Made by a program: the position numbers and the translations under genes. From assembly GCF_026571515.1 (NCBI RefSeq), contig NW_026855039.1, forward strand, positions 1 to 64,000: a DNA stretch of 64,000 nt, written 5' to 3'. Below are positions 24,201 to 37,031 of the stretch, one piece after another (the stretch's first letter is position 1; every line of letters begins with the position of its first letter). The stretch is from Ruditapes philippinarum (Eukaryota). The notes beneath the pieces are model-generated. The model was not told the origin of the DNA and searched no databases. It saw only the letters and a program-made list of their open reading frames with translations.

Positions 24201-27200
24201 CCCTAGCACTGAACTGCTCTGGTGTAGGGAGTAGGGATACTGCAGGGGTAGGTGGTTCCAGTGGTATACCGTCCTAGGAAAGAATGAGAACTTATAATAG
24301 TGATTGATGTTTTGTTATTATTTTCAGTTGATGTTCTTTTGAAGCCGGCAGGGGATGCACCAATCATGAAGAAGAAAAAATGGGCTGTTGAAAGAAATAA
24401 AAAGATAGTATATATATCTGACTTTATAAAGAAATTCATCAGAATGGGCCAAAATGAATCAATAGTGAGTCTTGTAAGTCTTTTACAAATGAAAAGGTTC
24501 TTCCTACATATTGCCTATTTATAGATAGGCATTTGTTTCCAACAGATTTTCTGTAAATATAGTAATTATTAGTCCCCTACCGGTTTAACCGGAGGGGACT
24601 TTAGGTTTACCCTCCGTCCGTCCGTCCGTCCGTCTGTCAGTCCGTCCGTCCACAAAACTGGATCCCGCGATAACGCAAAAAGTACTGAAAATATTTTTAT
24701 GAAACTTGATATATGGATAGATGGCAGTATGGAGATTATGCACGTCTTTATTTTTTCTTCCTATGTTGAAAATTCTGGTTGCTATGGCAACAAATAGTCT
24801 GAAAATATGGCAAATTTAACACATAAACTGGATCCAGTGATAACTCAAAAAGTACTGAAAATATTTTTATGAAACTTGAAATATGGGTAGATGGCAGTCT
24901 AGAGATTATGCACATCTTTTTCTTTTCTTCCTATGTTGAAAATTCTGGTTGCTATGGCAACAAATAGCCTGAATTTCAAGATTTCTGATTTAAATTTTTC
25001 AGCTTTTTCACTATATGTTCTTTATTTCTTAAGGTGTTTACTTCAAACTTTAAATATAAGTTTCTGGTCATCAACCACATCATATGTGACAAGGTTTATA
25101 ACTCTAGCACAAAAAATATCAGTATTACCTCCCTTGAACTTAGATTTTTTAGGGGAAAAAATGTTGTCTTTTTTAAATAACTTCTTTATTTCCTAATGTA
25201 TCTACTTCAAACTACATATATATGTTTCTTATTATCACTCAACATTTTTGAGAAGGTTAAATACTCTAGCAAGACTATTTCCAGAATTATGTCCCCCTTG
25301 AACTTAGATTTTTTTCGAGAAACTGGTATTTTCACTCCAACTTCTTCATTCCTTATAGGATTTACTTTAAAATCCCACATCGTAATAATATGACAAGGTT
25401 GTATAAACATAATTTCCTTACTAAGCATGGAAACTTAACACATTACTGTGATATAGACAAACTTATTTTATTATGTTTTGTGGTCGATATTTTCAAATAC
25501 AGACTTCATCCTCAAATTCATTATAAATGGCAATACACAGGAGGGTATGACAATTAAAGAACTTTTTGAGGGACCGGTAGGGGACTACTGTATTGCCCGC
25601 AATACTATCAAATGCTTGTTTTCTTAGTCAGTTGTGTTAAAATACAAAATGATGACATAGTCGTTTTTATTGCTCGCTTGGCTCATTTTGGAGAATATTT
25701 GATGCAGGCTCTGTAATAAAAAAGGTCCAACCACCTTTACATGGAGTCCAATCTATTATTCATGGTGTCCAACAACAGTTTTCATTAGTCCAACCCCATA
25801 CCTTCATTTTAACTATAATATTTGAACCAGAATGTGATGTTAAAGTGCAAATAATAGTTTTGGTCTAATAAAACAGAATGTTTTAATCAAAGCATACAAT
25901 AAATTTACATGTATACATTTCTGCATAACTACAGCAAATACATACAATATAATTAAATAATTTTCTTTTATTATTGTAATATACAGGGAATCAATATCAA
26001 TGAAATATAATTAATACACTTAAACCATTATTTAAACAACAAATGTCCATTTCGTAGGCGAAAAGTCCATTTCGTGAAATTGATTCCATTTCGCATTCTG
26101 TTACTACTGATAAAGAGCATGGTCAAGCTAGTCTGTCATACTAATATCTAGAAAATGTGGTTTATACTCATATATTCACTATAATTGGTTTGTAGTAATA
26201 AGCATGTCCTAAGGTATAGTTCCAACAATTTAAGAATTGGTTTTGTGTTTATATCCATGAAATGCACATATTTTATAGGATTTATAGAAATTTATATTTC
26301 ATTTTCAATTTTGTCCATGTGTTTTGATTGAATCGGTCATTTGGTCGTCAATTTGGAATTAAAACATTAATAATAATATCAATCATCAGGAAATGTGTTG
26401 ACAAGGAAGTATTCTAGCATCAGTAATTAAAGTACTTATGTGTTCATTTATTTCTGTAAATATTATATATTTCAGTTCCTTTATGTAAATCAGTCATTTT
26501 CACCATCACCAGATACAGAAGTAGGATGTGTATTTGATGTAAGTAAAAGAGACTTATATTTGGATGTTTAAAATGCATACAGATTTTTATTATTTTTTTT
26601 TTCTCTGAAAAAGGGGGAGTATATTGTTTTGCACATTTCTTTACTGAAAGTTTTTTACACATTGTTGAGTACAATACTGAATTGGACGTGTTCACATGTG
26701 TCTAAACTATATAAGGCAAGATGCAAGCCAGGTCTAGTACAATAGGGGCCTCTGTAGCCGAGTGGTTAAGGTTGCTGACTTGAGATCACAGGTTCCTCAC
26801 CGCTGTAGGTTCGATCCTCACTGGTTGAAATCTTTCATGTGAGGAAGCCATCCAGCTGGCTTACGAAAGGTCGGTGGTTCTACCCAGGTGCCTGCTCGTG
26901 CCTGAAATAATGCCCGGAGGGGCACTTGGGGTCTTCCTCCACCAATAAAAAGCTGGAAAAAAAATTGACGAAAAAATCTTGGTGGGACGCTCTAGGATGG
27001 CCCGACTTGAGTGTATGGTCACCCATATGGGCTTTCCGGCGGCGACCTTAAATAAACGCATTAAAAAAAAAAAAGGTTTAGTACAAGTTTTGCAGCTGTG
27101 TATGAGTCTTATAGTATTGGTATTGCTCTAAACAATATACATGTATAATAACCTCTTTCTTTCACACCACTATATGTTGATATTTTGACAGAACCTTGTA

Positions 27201-28145
27201 ACTTCAAGTACAGCTATAAGGATTTGATATGGATCTTTTAAACTCCCAAAAATGAAAACAAGGCTTAAGATTGTGTATGATATACATTTGTTATGAAATA
27301 TTTGGACTCTAAAAACTAAAACGAGGCTATATGCATTTGATATGAACTTGTGTGAAAAAAATGTACATTGTATAAATAAACAAAATTTTAGAAATGATAT
27401 TAAGTTTTATTATATACTTATAAACGAAATATTGATAAATATTAATAAAATAAAAAAAACAAAAAAATAAATGCGTATTTTTATTTTGTGAATATAAGTA
27501 AATAAATATAAATAAATTAAATGTTAAGCTGTGGCTTTCCATAGTTTTATTTAAGAGGAAATATTGTGCATGCACATTTTTATTCGGTTGCGTTTAGTTT
27601 TCATCGTGTATGTTTAACTTCCAGTATTGAATTGGTGAAACTCTACAATTTCTGTGAAAATAATACTTACCAAAATTACTAAAACTTAATATAATAATTT
27701 AACCCTGTGACAATATGATATTAAGTTTTATTATATACTTATAAATGAAATATTGATAATTATTGATGAAATAAAATGTGTATTTTCATTTTGTGAATAT
27801 TAATAGATAAATATAAATAAATAAAATGTTATTTTAGATATGATATTAAGTTTTATTATATACTTATAAATGAAATGTTGATAAATATTAATGAAATAAA
27901 ATGCATATTTTCATTTTGTGGTTTGAAAATTATCATATTTTATTCATGGCTACCACCACTCATGAAATATTTATATTTTCATACCACTCGATGAAAAGTC
28001 CTGTATTTATTATCCTCTTTATATAGGTATAAATAGATAGATGTTGTTTAAGATATAGCTAACAATAATTTGTTTATTATTTCAGTGTTTTGGCAGTGAT
28101 GGCAAACTAGTTCTACATTATTGTCGGACACAGGCATGGGGATGA
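21262..28145 (+). CDS. ATG12: Ubiquitin-like autophagy protein ATG12; 4 exons, 129 aa
   Basis: Exons 21262-21391, 24328-24464, 26476-26538, 28086-28145, all GT-AG and in phase. Protein contains VDVLLKPAGDAPIMKKKKW, FLYVNQSFSPSPD and CFGSDGKLVLHYCRTQAWG*, ending in the conjugating Gly. Confidence 0.97.
21563..22682. mobile_element. Non-autonomous AcademH-like DNA transposon (outer)
   Basis: TAGTCCTATAA...TTATAGGACTA termini; 9-bp duplication ACTGTATTA at 21554-21562 and 22683-22691. Confidence 0.85.
21922..22637. mobile_element. Non-autonomous AcademH-like DNA transposon (inner, nested)
   Basis: TAGTCC...GGACTA termini; 9-bp duplication ACCTTTGAG at 21913-21921 and 22638-22646; subterminal inverted repeats. 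Confidence 0.85.
24566..25620 (-). mobile_element. HINE-like element in ATG12 intron 2
   Basis: Terminal hairpin AGTCCCCTACCGGTTTAACCGGAGGGGACT, (CCGT)n, duplicated ~170-bp units, subterminal inverted copy CCGGTAGGGGACTA, CTTGTT end. Confidence 0.8.
26745..27074 (+). mobile_element. Full-length tRNA-derived SINE with poly(A) tail
   Basis: A-box TAGCCGAGTGG, B-box GGTTCGATCC, conserved core, A-tail; flanked by AGGTCTAGTACAA / AGGTTTAGTACAA, a probable target duplication. Confidence 0.85.
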
Positions 28146-28937
28146 ACATTGCTGAGAAACCATATATTGGAATAATAGTAACTGTGACAAAAACTTACCT
28201 TATCAAGTGTTTCATTTAAATTATATGAACTATGTATATAAGTCTTTTTTTTATTTTTTTGTGTATCTTCAAATACACTGTAACAATATCTTTATATATT
28301 AAAGCTGCATTTGTCCCAGCAAACCAGGGTTGAGAAACAATTGATTCATAATTATTGTGATTACTGGATTTTTGGATTGTGATTCTTAGCCGGATTTGAG
28401 CAAAAAACATTGCAGCGCTTTTCATTTTCAGGTCATTTTGCATACCAGTTAAGAATTACAAAAATTATTATTGTGGAAAAATGGGTTGAGAGAATCACAC
28501 AAGAAGCTGTGGAGTCCCAAAAGAAGTATTGTTTTATAAAATTTGTTAACAGTAAAATTATATTTTTCCATGATAAACTTAAGAGACTAAGGATATCTTG
28601 TGAAATTTAAATGCAAATATCAACAGTAATATTAACTACTGTATTGATTTCATAATATTGTGTTTGACTTTCGGAATTGTTGTTACATACAATGTCTCTG
28701 TTGTTTAACACACATTATTATTATTAAATGTTCCAAAACAAAATATTTTGCTGCTATTTTAAGTAAGGTTTAAATCATTTAGCGATGATGTTACGAATGT
28801 GCCATTGGCTTATAAATAATTTTACAAACATATTTCTTTCATACAGACATTTCGGTAATATCTTTTCTTCAAATTTGCAATATGCATGGTTATATTTATT
28901 ATTTTAATTTGATCATTTGTGTTTTATTCAGACTTAC

Positions 28938-30525
28938 TTTTTAGCTCACCTGTCACAAAGTGACAGGGTGAGCTTTTGTGATCGCTTTTCGTCCGGCGTC
29001 CGTCCGGCGTCCGTCCATAAACTTTTACTTTAAATGACATCTCCTCATAAACCACTAAGCCAATTTCATCCAAACTTCACAGGAATGTTCCTTTGGTGGT
29101 CACCTTTAAAAATTGTTCAAAGAATTTAATTCCATGCAGAACTCTGGTTGCCATGGCAACTGAAAGAAAAAACTTTAAATATCTTCTTTTAAAAAACCAT
29201 AAGAGCTAGAGCTTAGATATTTGGCATGAAACATCTTCTAGTGAGTGTCTACCAAGTTTGTTCAAATAAAAGCCCTGGGGTCAAAATTGGCCCCGCCCCG
29301 GGGGGTCATTGATTTTCCCTATATGCATATAGTAAAAACTTAAAAAATCTTCTTTTAAAGAACCCAAAGAGCTAGAGCTAAGATATTTAGCATGAAACAT
29401 GTTCTAATGGGTGTCTACCAAGTTTGTTCAAATAAAAGCCCTGGGGTCAAAATTGGCCCCGCCCCGGGGGGTCATTGATTTTCCCTATATGCATATAGTA
29501 AAAACTTAAAAAATCTTCTTTTAAAGAACCCAAAGAGCAAGAGCTAAGATATTTAGCATGAAACATGTTCTAATGGATGTCTACCAAGTTTGTTCAAATA
29601 AAAGACCTGGGGTCAAAATTGGCCCCGCCCCAGGGGGTCATTGATTTTCCCTATATGCATATAGTAAAAACTTAAAAAATCTTCTTTTAAAGAACCAAAA
29701 GAGTTAGAGCTAAGATATTTAGCATGAAACATTTTCTAATAAGTGTCTACCAAGTTTGTTCAAATAAAAGCCCTGGGGTCAAAATTGGCCCCGCCCCGGG
29801 GGTCATTGATTTTCCCTATATGCATATAGTAAAAACTTAAAAAATCTTCTTTTAAAGAACTCAAAGAGCTATGGCTAAGATATTTAGCATCAAACATGTT
29901 CTAATAAGTGTCTACCAAGTTTGTTCAAATAAAAGCCCTGGGGTCAAAATTGGCCCCGCCCCGTGGGTCATTGATTTTCCTTATATGTGTATAGCAAAAA
30001 CTTAAAAAATCTTCTTTGAAAAAACCCAAATAGCTAGAGTTAAGATATTAAGCATGGAACATCTTTTAGTGAGTGTCTACAAACTTTGTTCAAATAAAAG
30101 ACCTGGGGTCAAAATTGGCCCCGCCCCGGGGGTCATTGATTTTCTTTATATGTGTATAGCAAAAACTTAAAATCTTCTTTGAAAAAACCCAAATAGCTAG
30201 AGTTTAGATATTAAGCATGAAACATCTTCTAGTAAGTGTCTACAAAGTTTGTTCAAATAAAAGCCCTGGGGTCAAAACTGGCCCGGCCCCAGGGGTGTCA
30301 TTGTTTTTAACTATAATGTGTATAGTAAAAACTTAAAAAAAATCTTCTTTTAAAAAGCCCAATGAGCTAGAGCTTAGATGTTTAGCATGAAACATCTTCT
30401 TATGGGTGTCTACCAAGTTTGTGCAAATAAAAGCCCTTGGGTTAAATTGGCCCTGCAACATTGGGGGGGTTGGGGGGGGCCTATATACAGGTGAGCGACC
30501 TCAGGTCCATCATGGCCCTCTTGTT
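28938..30525 (-). mobile_element. HINE-like element with ~8 tandem ~165-bp repeats
   Basis: Terminal hairpin GCTCACCTGTCACAAAGTGACAGGGTGAGC, CGTC microrepeat, unit GGGGTCAAAATTGGCCCCGCCCC at 29277, 29443, 29609, 29775, 29940, 30105 and 30268; CAGGTGAGC...CTCTTGTT end. Confidence 0.85.
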
Positions 30526-30784
30526 TAGTTAAAATGGACTTCTTTTTAGTATACCCAAAATTCACTTTTCTGAGCATACTTATTTCGGGACTAAAAATAT
30601 CTTTTTTGGTTGGCCTAGATCCATTTCTAAAACGGAGGGAACTTTTTTTTCATAAGTTAAATATTTGAAATTCATTTGTATACAGTGTCTATACATGAGT
30701 CAGAATGAATACTATTCACTGTGATAATGTTTTAGCCTGCAATGTTTGTACATGTACATTGATAATTTGATAAAACTTGTCTTG

Positions 30785-31035
30785 AGGGGCGTCAGCGACT
30801 AATAAATTAAGGGTTTTTACTTCAAACTCCTGCCTATATCACCTCTGTGGGTTTGAAACCTGCATGGGACATTTAATTATTTAATTAATATGAGGAAGTC
30901 TGTGTTTCTACTCTGGTGCCCGCTTGTGCCTGAATAAATGCACAGAGGGGCACCACAAGTCTTCCTCCGCCAGTATAGCTGGAAAACGGCTATATTATGG
31001 TGCACTTTAAAACCCAACATCCAAAGCAAAAAAAA
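30785..31035 (+). mobile_element. Degenerate tRNA-SINE (paralogous copies at ~42780-42900 and ~56730-56960)
   Basis: GGGTTTGAAACC B-box-like motif and the GTGAGGAAG...GTCTTCCTCC core. Confidence 0.7.
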
Positions 31036-31604
31036 ACCCTCCAGTTTGTCTTTGCTTTGTCAAACTTTGTTCGGATTTGTTGATTATGTATATCTATTTC
31101 ATAACAATTTTATTTATATCTGATAAGAAGGCATGTATCGTTATTATTTATTATTATGTGAGAAATAAATTATTATATAAAATTTATTGTTAGATATTTT
31201 TTATGTGTATATTTTCTTGGTCTTTGAAAGATATTCATAAGTAATATGACATACCTCTCCAAAACTGAAATAAATCATGCCCTTTGGGTGAATAGTGGCC
31301 AATCCCTTGGGGCCACTTGAATCATATAGACTTACATTGAAATATAATTTAAGTCATATTGTGTATAATTAGGGCTAAGACAGTGTGCTGTGAACCTTTA
31401 GGAAATTGATATTTATCAAGACCGTGTGTTGATAATAGACTAACATAGGAAACCATTTATTGTGTGTATCTCATATGCCAAGAGCTTAAATATTTTGCAA
31501 GAAGCATTACACTCGCATGCGTTCGGCACATTTGTCTTGCAAATAATGGTCAAAATGGGTATTTGATCGTAATTTTGTTCTTGATGATCAAGGGGGTGAT
31601 TTAT

Positions 31605-32418
31605 ACGTGAGAGTTGCTTTTAAGTAATGTTGACTATGTGATTGGTACTGTGGAGTAATGTTGAATGTGTGAGTAGCGTTCTGTGAATGATGTTGACTAT
31701 GTGAGTGGTGCTGTGGAATAACGTTGACTATTTGAGAGTGGTGCTATGGAGTCATGTTGACTGTGCAAGAAATTTATGTGAGTAATGTTAACTGTGGGGT
31801 TATGTTGACTGTGTGAGTGGTGCTGTGGAGTAATGTTCACTTTGTGAGTGTTGTTATGTGAGTAATGTTGATTATATGAGTGGTGCAGTGAATCAATGTT
31901 GACTATGTTATTGATAGTGTGGATAAATGTTGACTATGTGAGTGGTGCTATGAAGTAATGTTGACTATGTTATTGATGTTGTGGATTAATGTTGACTACG
32001 TAAGTGGTGCTATGGGATAATGTTGACTACGTGAGTGGTGCTGTGGAGTAATGTTGACTACGTGAGTGGTGCTGTGGAATATGTTGACTACGTGAGTGGT
32101 GCTATGGAATATGTTGACTACGTGAGTGGTGCTATGGAATAATGTTGACTACGTGAGTGGTGCTATTGAGTAATGTTGACTATGTGAGTGGTGCTATGGA
32201 GTAATGTTGACTATGTTATTGATGTTGTGGAATATGTTGACTACGTGAGTGGTGCTATGGATTAATGTTGACTATTTGAGTGGTGCTGTGGGTAATGTTG
32301 ACTACGTGAGTGGTGCTATGGAATATGTTGACTATGTGAGTGGTGCTATAGAGTAATGTTGACTACTTGAGTGTTGCTATGGAGTAATGTTGACTATGTG
32401 AGTGGTGCTGTGGAGTAA
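31605..32418. repeat. 29-31-bp minisatellite
   Basis: Unit AATGTTGACTATGTGAGTGGTGCTATGGAGT, about 25 diverged copies. Confidence 0.93.
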
Positions 32419-33002
32419 TTGTAATCTAGTGGCTATATTTTTACAGCCAAACATTTTAATAAATGTATTGTTAGATAATTGCTTATATACGAGTCCTTGC
32501 TTGAGGGGTTACAATATAGACAACATTAAACAAACAATGAAAAATACCGGAAAAAGCATTATGATACTAAATACAATCAAAATTTAAATATTGCCAATAG
32601 CTTGTTAAAAGGAGACACGCCAATTCAATCCGTTTCCTTTTAGAAAAAAAATCGTGCGTTTGGCCGAAATAAGGGTATTTCACAGATAATATTATGCACA
32701 TGCACTAGGTCTTCAGCGTTCACGTATTTATACTGTGACGTCTAATGTCGCACCAGACTAAAAAAAATGTTGAAAATCGATATTTCATCACATTATAAAT
32801 CATCTTATATAGAAAACGGAAGTGGATGTATAAAACGTTTTTTTTAAAATTACCGTGATCACGTTAAACGAGATTTGACGTCGTGATTTACGCATGACGT
32901 TGACGTTGTTTCTACGCGACATTGTCATTGACGCCAAAGCAATAGCAAAGAGAATTTATTCACTTAGCAGTTTTCAGCGATATTTAACGAATATCGACAG
33001 TT

Positions 33003-36000
33003 ATGGAGGAAGTTTTTATACCGAAAATATCTATCCTGACCCAAGATGGAGGAATGTAAGTGAAATTTCAATTATTTCACCATAGGTTTGTAAGAAAAGA
33101 TAAAAAAAAGTCTGAAGTGCAAGTAGATCTGGCTTAAGATACACAAACAAACAATTTCTGTGCAATCATATCATCAAGCCACAAATATCTATGTATCTAT
33201 TGATTAGGTTTTAATTTATTTCATTCATTAGTCATCATTTTGCATTTATTTATTTATTTTATTTATTTATTTATTACAGACTTTCCAGTCTTGACAGTTT
33301 ATCTGTATTTACCGGATACGTTCCCATTACAGTTCCGATTTTCCAGGCAGTGAAAGTTAAGCAAGGTTTGTGATTTTCTAAAACGAAGAATCTTTTAAGT
33401 GCTTAGAATAATTCACCTTCGTGTATCTTAAACATTTCTTGTTTGTAGTACCTGTTCGTTTAGTTTTGTCTTATCATTTTACATCTCGTTAAATGACTTT
33501 CCCGACTGTTGTTTTACTTCTCCGACTGTTGTTTTATTGTCTTTCTTAACCATCAAACCATTATGGACTGCGGAGAAAAGTTCTTCTTTGTCGGGAATCG
33601 AACCCACGACCTAAAAATTTAGATACTCGGTGCTTATTTTCAACACCCGTCAATTTCAATTTGCCTTTGTCTAAAGATATATAGAATCTATTATTATCGC
33701 GTTCATCGTTTCTTCTAAAGCTTCTTTTTTACATACTTCTTTCTAACTTCTTTTTTACTTCTTTCTATTGTTTCTATCTTTTTCTTTCTATCTGTCTCTT
33801 TCTCTAGAAAACAGACTAACCACTTTCCTACGAACTTTGAGAAACTCTGTTCTGAAATATTCTAGACAAGATTATGATATCATTAGTACTGATGAAGATT
33901 TTGATACCCTGTAAGATTTTATAACATAAAGTTTATTCTTGTAACATAGGCATGCGGCCCAAAGTACATCACAGTGCAACAAACATAAAAATGCAATGAA
34001 AATACAATGTAAAATTTATATGTTTATGTATTAATAATAACCTGTTTTTCACTTGGTATAAAAACAACATATTTTTGTGCTCGCAATATGATGAAAGTTA
34101 AATTGTATAGCAGCAATAAACGATCGTTGTTAAAATAAATGATACAAATTGAATTACATATATATTACAACTTGCAGTATGTGATTCAGTGATTTCGTTT
34201 TTACTGTAAGACGTTCTAATTTTCTTATAGTCAAGTGACACACTTAAGTACTTCTTATTGACTTTCTTTTTACATTTTTGCCTGCCATTATAGGTTTTCC
34301 TCTGAGACACACCAAGTTTTAAAAGAACGCAAAAGAACGCTGGTACACTTCATTAAGAAACATGAAACAGCCCTGCTTGCATTGAGAGAAGCTAGAATGG
34401 TAAGTTTTATCTTAACTAAGGAACGCTCTAAAGAACAAAACATTGCAACGTGCATGATTATACCATTTCATATCATATTTGAATAGTTAATTTAGAAATC
34501 AGTATAATCATGTTAATATACCATAGTTTGAAGATTAATTGATTTTTTATTTGCAAAGCTATGAACAAAATATCAGTTTTTAATTGTATTCTGTTGCATG
34601 GTATAGTATTTTAATATAATTGATTAATGCATCATTTTACCAGACACTAATGGTTTCTTAGATTTATATAAACTATCCCTGATTTACAGAATTGTTGGAA
34701 GTCAAAAGCAAAGCTGCAAAAGTATGAGTTGATTTTAGAGACACAGAGATCTTCGTTACGTTACAACCAGAACGAGGCTAAAGTCAGAGAGGCAGCAATT
34801 GAGGTATGGGCTTTTTGACTGCTTTTATTGCCCATATTACTGTCTATAAAGATTAAATCTTTTACCAATTCTTGGACAGAAATTCCCAGTCAAAACAGTT
34901 GTGCCAAAGTTTTTGTTTGTTTGTTTGATGTTATTGTTGTTGTTAAAGCTATGAACTAGATCTTTAATAAATAATACATCAATGTACAAATTCTGTGTTC
35001 ATACATACTTGTTTCCATTCATAATGGCATCTTGAAAAATACAGTTCACGAATTATTGAGTTTTATATATAAATTTTATATACAATATAAGACCATAATG
35101 TTGGTTTATTTTTTACAGGATATGGAATTAGTACATAATAAATGGATGGTCAAGCACGAGAAAGACCATATTGCTTTTGAGAACAAATTCTTAGCTGAGA
35201 TAAGTTTGCGAGAGAAAATTCAAAAGGTAGGTTATCGCATATCATACAGTATTTTATATGATTATATTAAAGGTACATTACATTGGTGGTACAATTCAAG
35301 TGCATGTTTTGGAACCTTTCGAGTCAACTTACACCATTTCTATAGATAATTGTACAAACATATACATAATATACTTCATATTAAAAATATTATAAATATT
35401 GTTTTTCTATTGCCAATATTATTTAGAACTTTTTGTGTTTGCTTAATTATTATTATCGCCCATGTGTGGTCTACTGTCATAGCGGTTTTATATCTTATTT
35501 TAAAGGATGGACTTTCACTTAATTGTACTTGCTTTGTAAATTACGGTTTGTAAATTGTATTATAACATATCTATTTTACAGATGTCAAACGACCTTGAAC
35601 TTGATGTAGTTGAGATGCTTACTGATACAATCAGAACTTTGATGAACAAAAACAGACAAAATCTGAGGTACGTTAATTTCTTGATAATACAATTTATTTG
35701 GAAGAAAATAAATTGTTGGATATTTCTATGATACATGTAATTAAGTTAATTAAACCTTTCGCACGATACATTGAACGCAGCATTGATTGATTGATTTATT
35801 GATTGAAAAGAAAAACTTTATTGGATATTTTTTTAATATATGTAAGATGATAAAACCTTTCAAACGATAAACTGAACACAATATTGAATTGATTGATTGA
35901 TTGATCGATCCATTTATTTACTCATTAATCAATCATTATTTTGGTCTTTGTTTCATGCACTTTTTACTGTTTGGCCATTGATCATTAACTTTTTTTATTA

Positions 36001-37031
36001 TTCTTTGACTGCAAGAAATATACGTTATGTTCATTATTGAAAGACAATGTGTTTTTCTTTTTTCTGACAGTGATACAGAAGTAAACAAACTTGCCACACA
36101 AGTATACAAACAAACATGCCGTACATACAAGTTTAGGCAAGCATCGGTAAGTATCTGTACTTTCTTTCTTGTTTTTCTTCTGTTTTTATGTAAGTTATAA
36201 TTCCATACGTTTATTTCCATATATGATTTTTGTTTTAGCCGCTTATTTAACCGGACATTAAATTTGAAAACTATGACATGATTATAAGGTAATCAAAAAG
36301 TGATTAATTTTGTTAAGTTGAAGCGCATGCTACGCACAAGTTCACTTTTATTGTTTAATAAGAAACTTCGGAACAGATTGTCCCAGCAGGTTCGCTATAA
36401 CCGAGGTGTACTGTAAACAGTGTCTACCTATCTATTAAAGTATTTCAAAATTATCACACGAATAAAATGAAGAAAAATGTAAACAATGGGAGAAAATCTC
36501 ATTTTTAATAGATAAATATTTATGTATTTCAGAACATACCATGTGAGAAAGAATGGATTGAGGAACCTGAATATGTAAACACTAGAATTAACAAACAAGA
36601 TATTCAGAGAAAGGTTTGTTTGATTAATAATTAAGATTTCTTTCTTTATTTTTCATTTAATTATAAAGAAATTTTGACCTTAAAAGATTTTGGCTAATTG
36701 CCGCTATTTAAAAAAAATAAATTAATAGACAGGCATTTGTAAATTCGTTTTAAACTTGCAATTATGCACAGAAACCAGTTTCTTGGTACTTCCACAATGC
36801 GCATTTTATAAATAACACGGAGTGAACCGACTATAACACGGAGTAGCTAAACTGTAACGTGGAGTTTCGTATTTTACTATAGGGAGTACTATTATGGTGC
36901 GGGGGATCATTGGGATGGGTGGGGTTTATTCTGTTGACTGCTATATATAGATAGTAAATTTAATTTAAAGTTCATAACGCAAACCATATTTCTTTTTTCA
37001 GATCAAGACAACAAGTCTGGAAATGGACTGA
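33003..37031 (+). CDS. Uncharacterised, probably alpha-helical protein; 10 exons, 280 aa
   Basis: Manual splice model 33003-33055, 33280-33365, 33808-33910, 34294-34399, 34690-34803, 35119-35226, 35582-35667, 36071-36146, 36533-36613, 37002-37031. All introns GT-AG, phases match, no internal stop (MEEVFIPKISILTQDGG...IKTTSLEMD*). Confidence 0.8.

Noticed and set aside
26745-26825. tRNA gene
   Set aside because: It is the head of a SINE, continuing into a shared core and A-tail; the same applies to tRNA-like pieces at ~33590, ~39360, ~45050 and ~61000.
33134-33431. 11-bp inverted repeat TTAAGATACAC flanking exon 2 of the unknown gene
   Set aside because: Too short in AT-rich DNA to support a transposon-captured exon.
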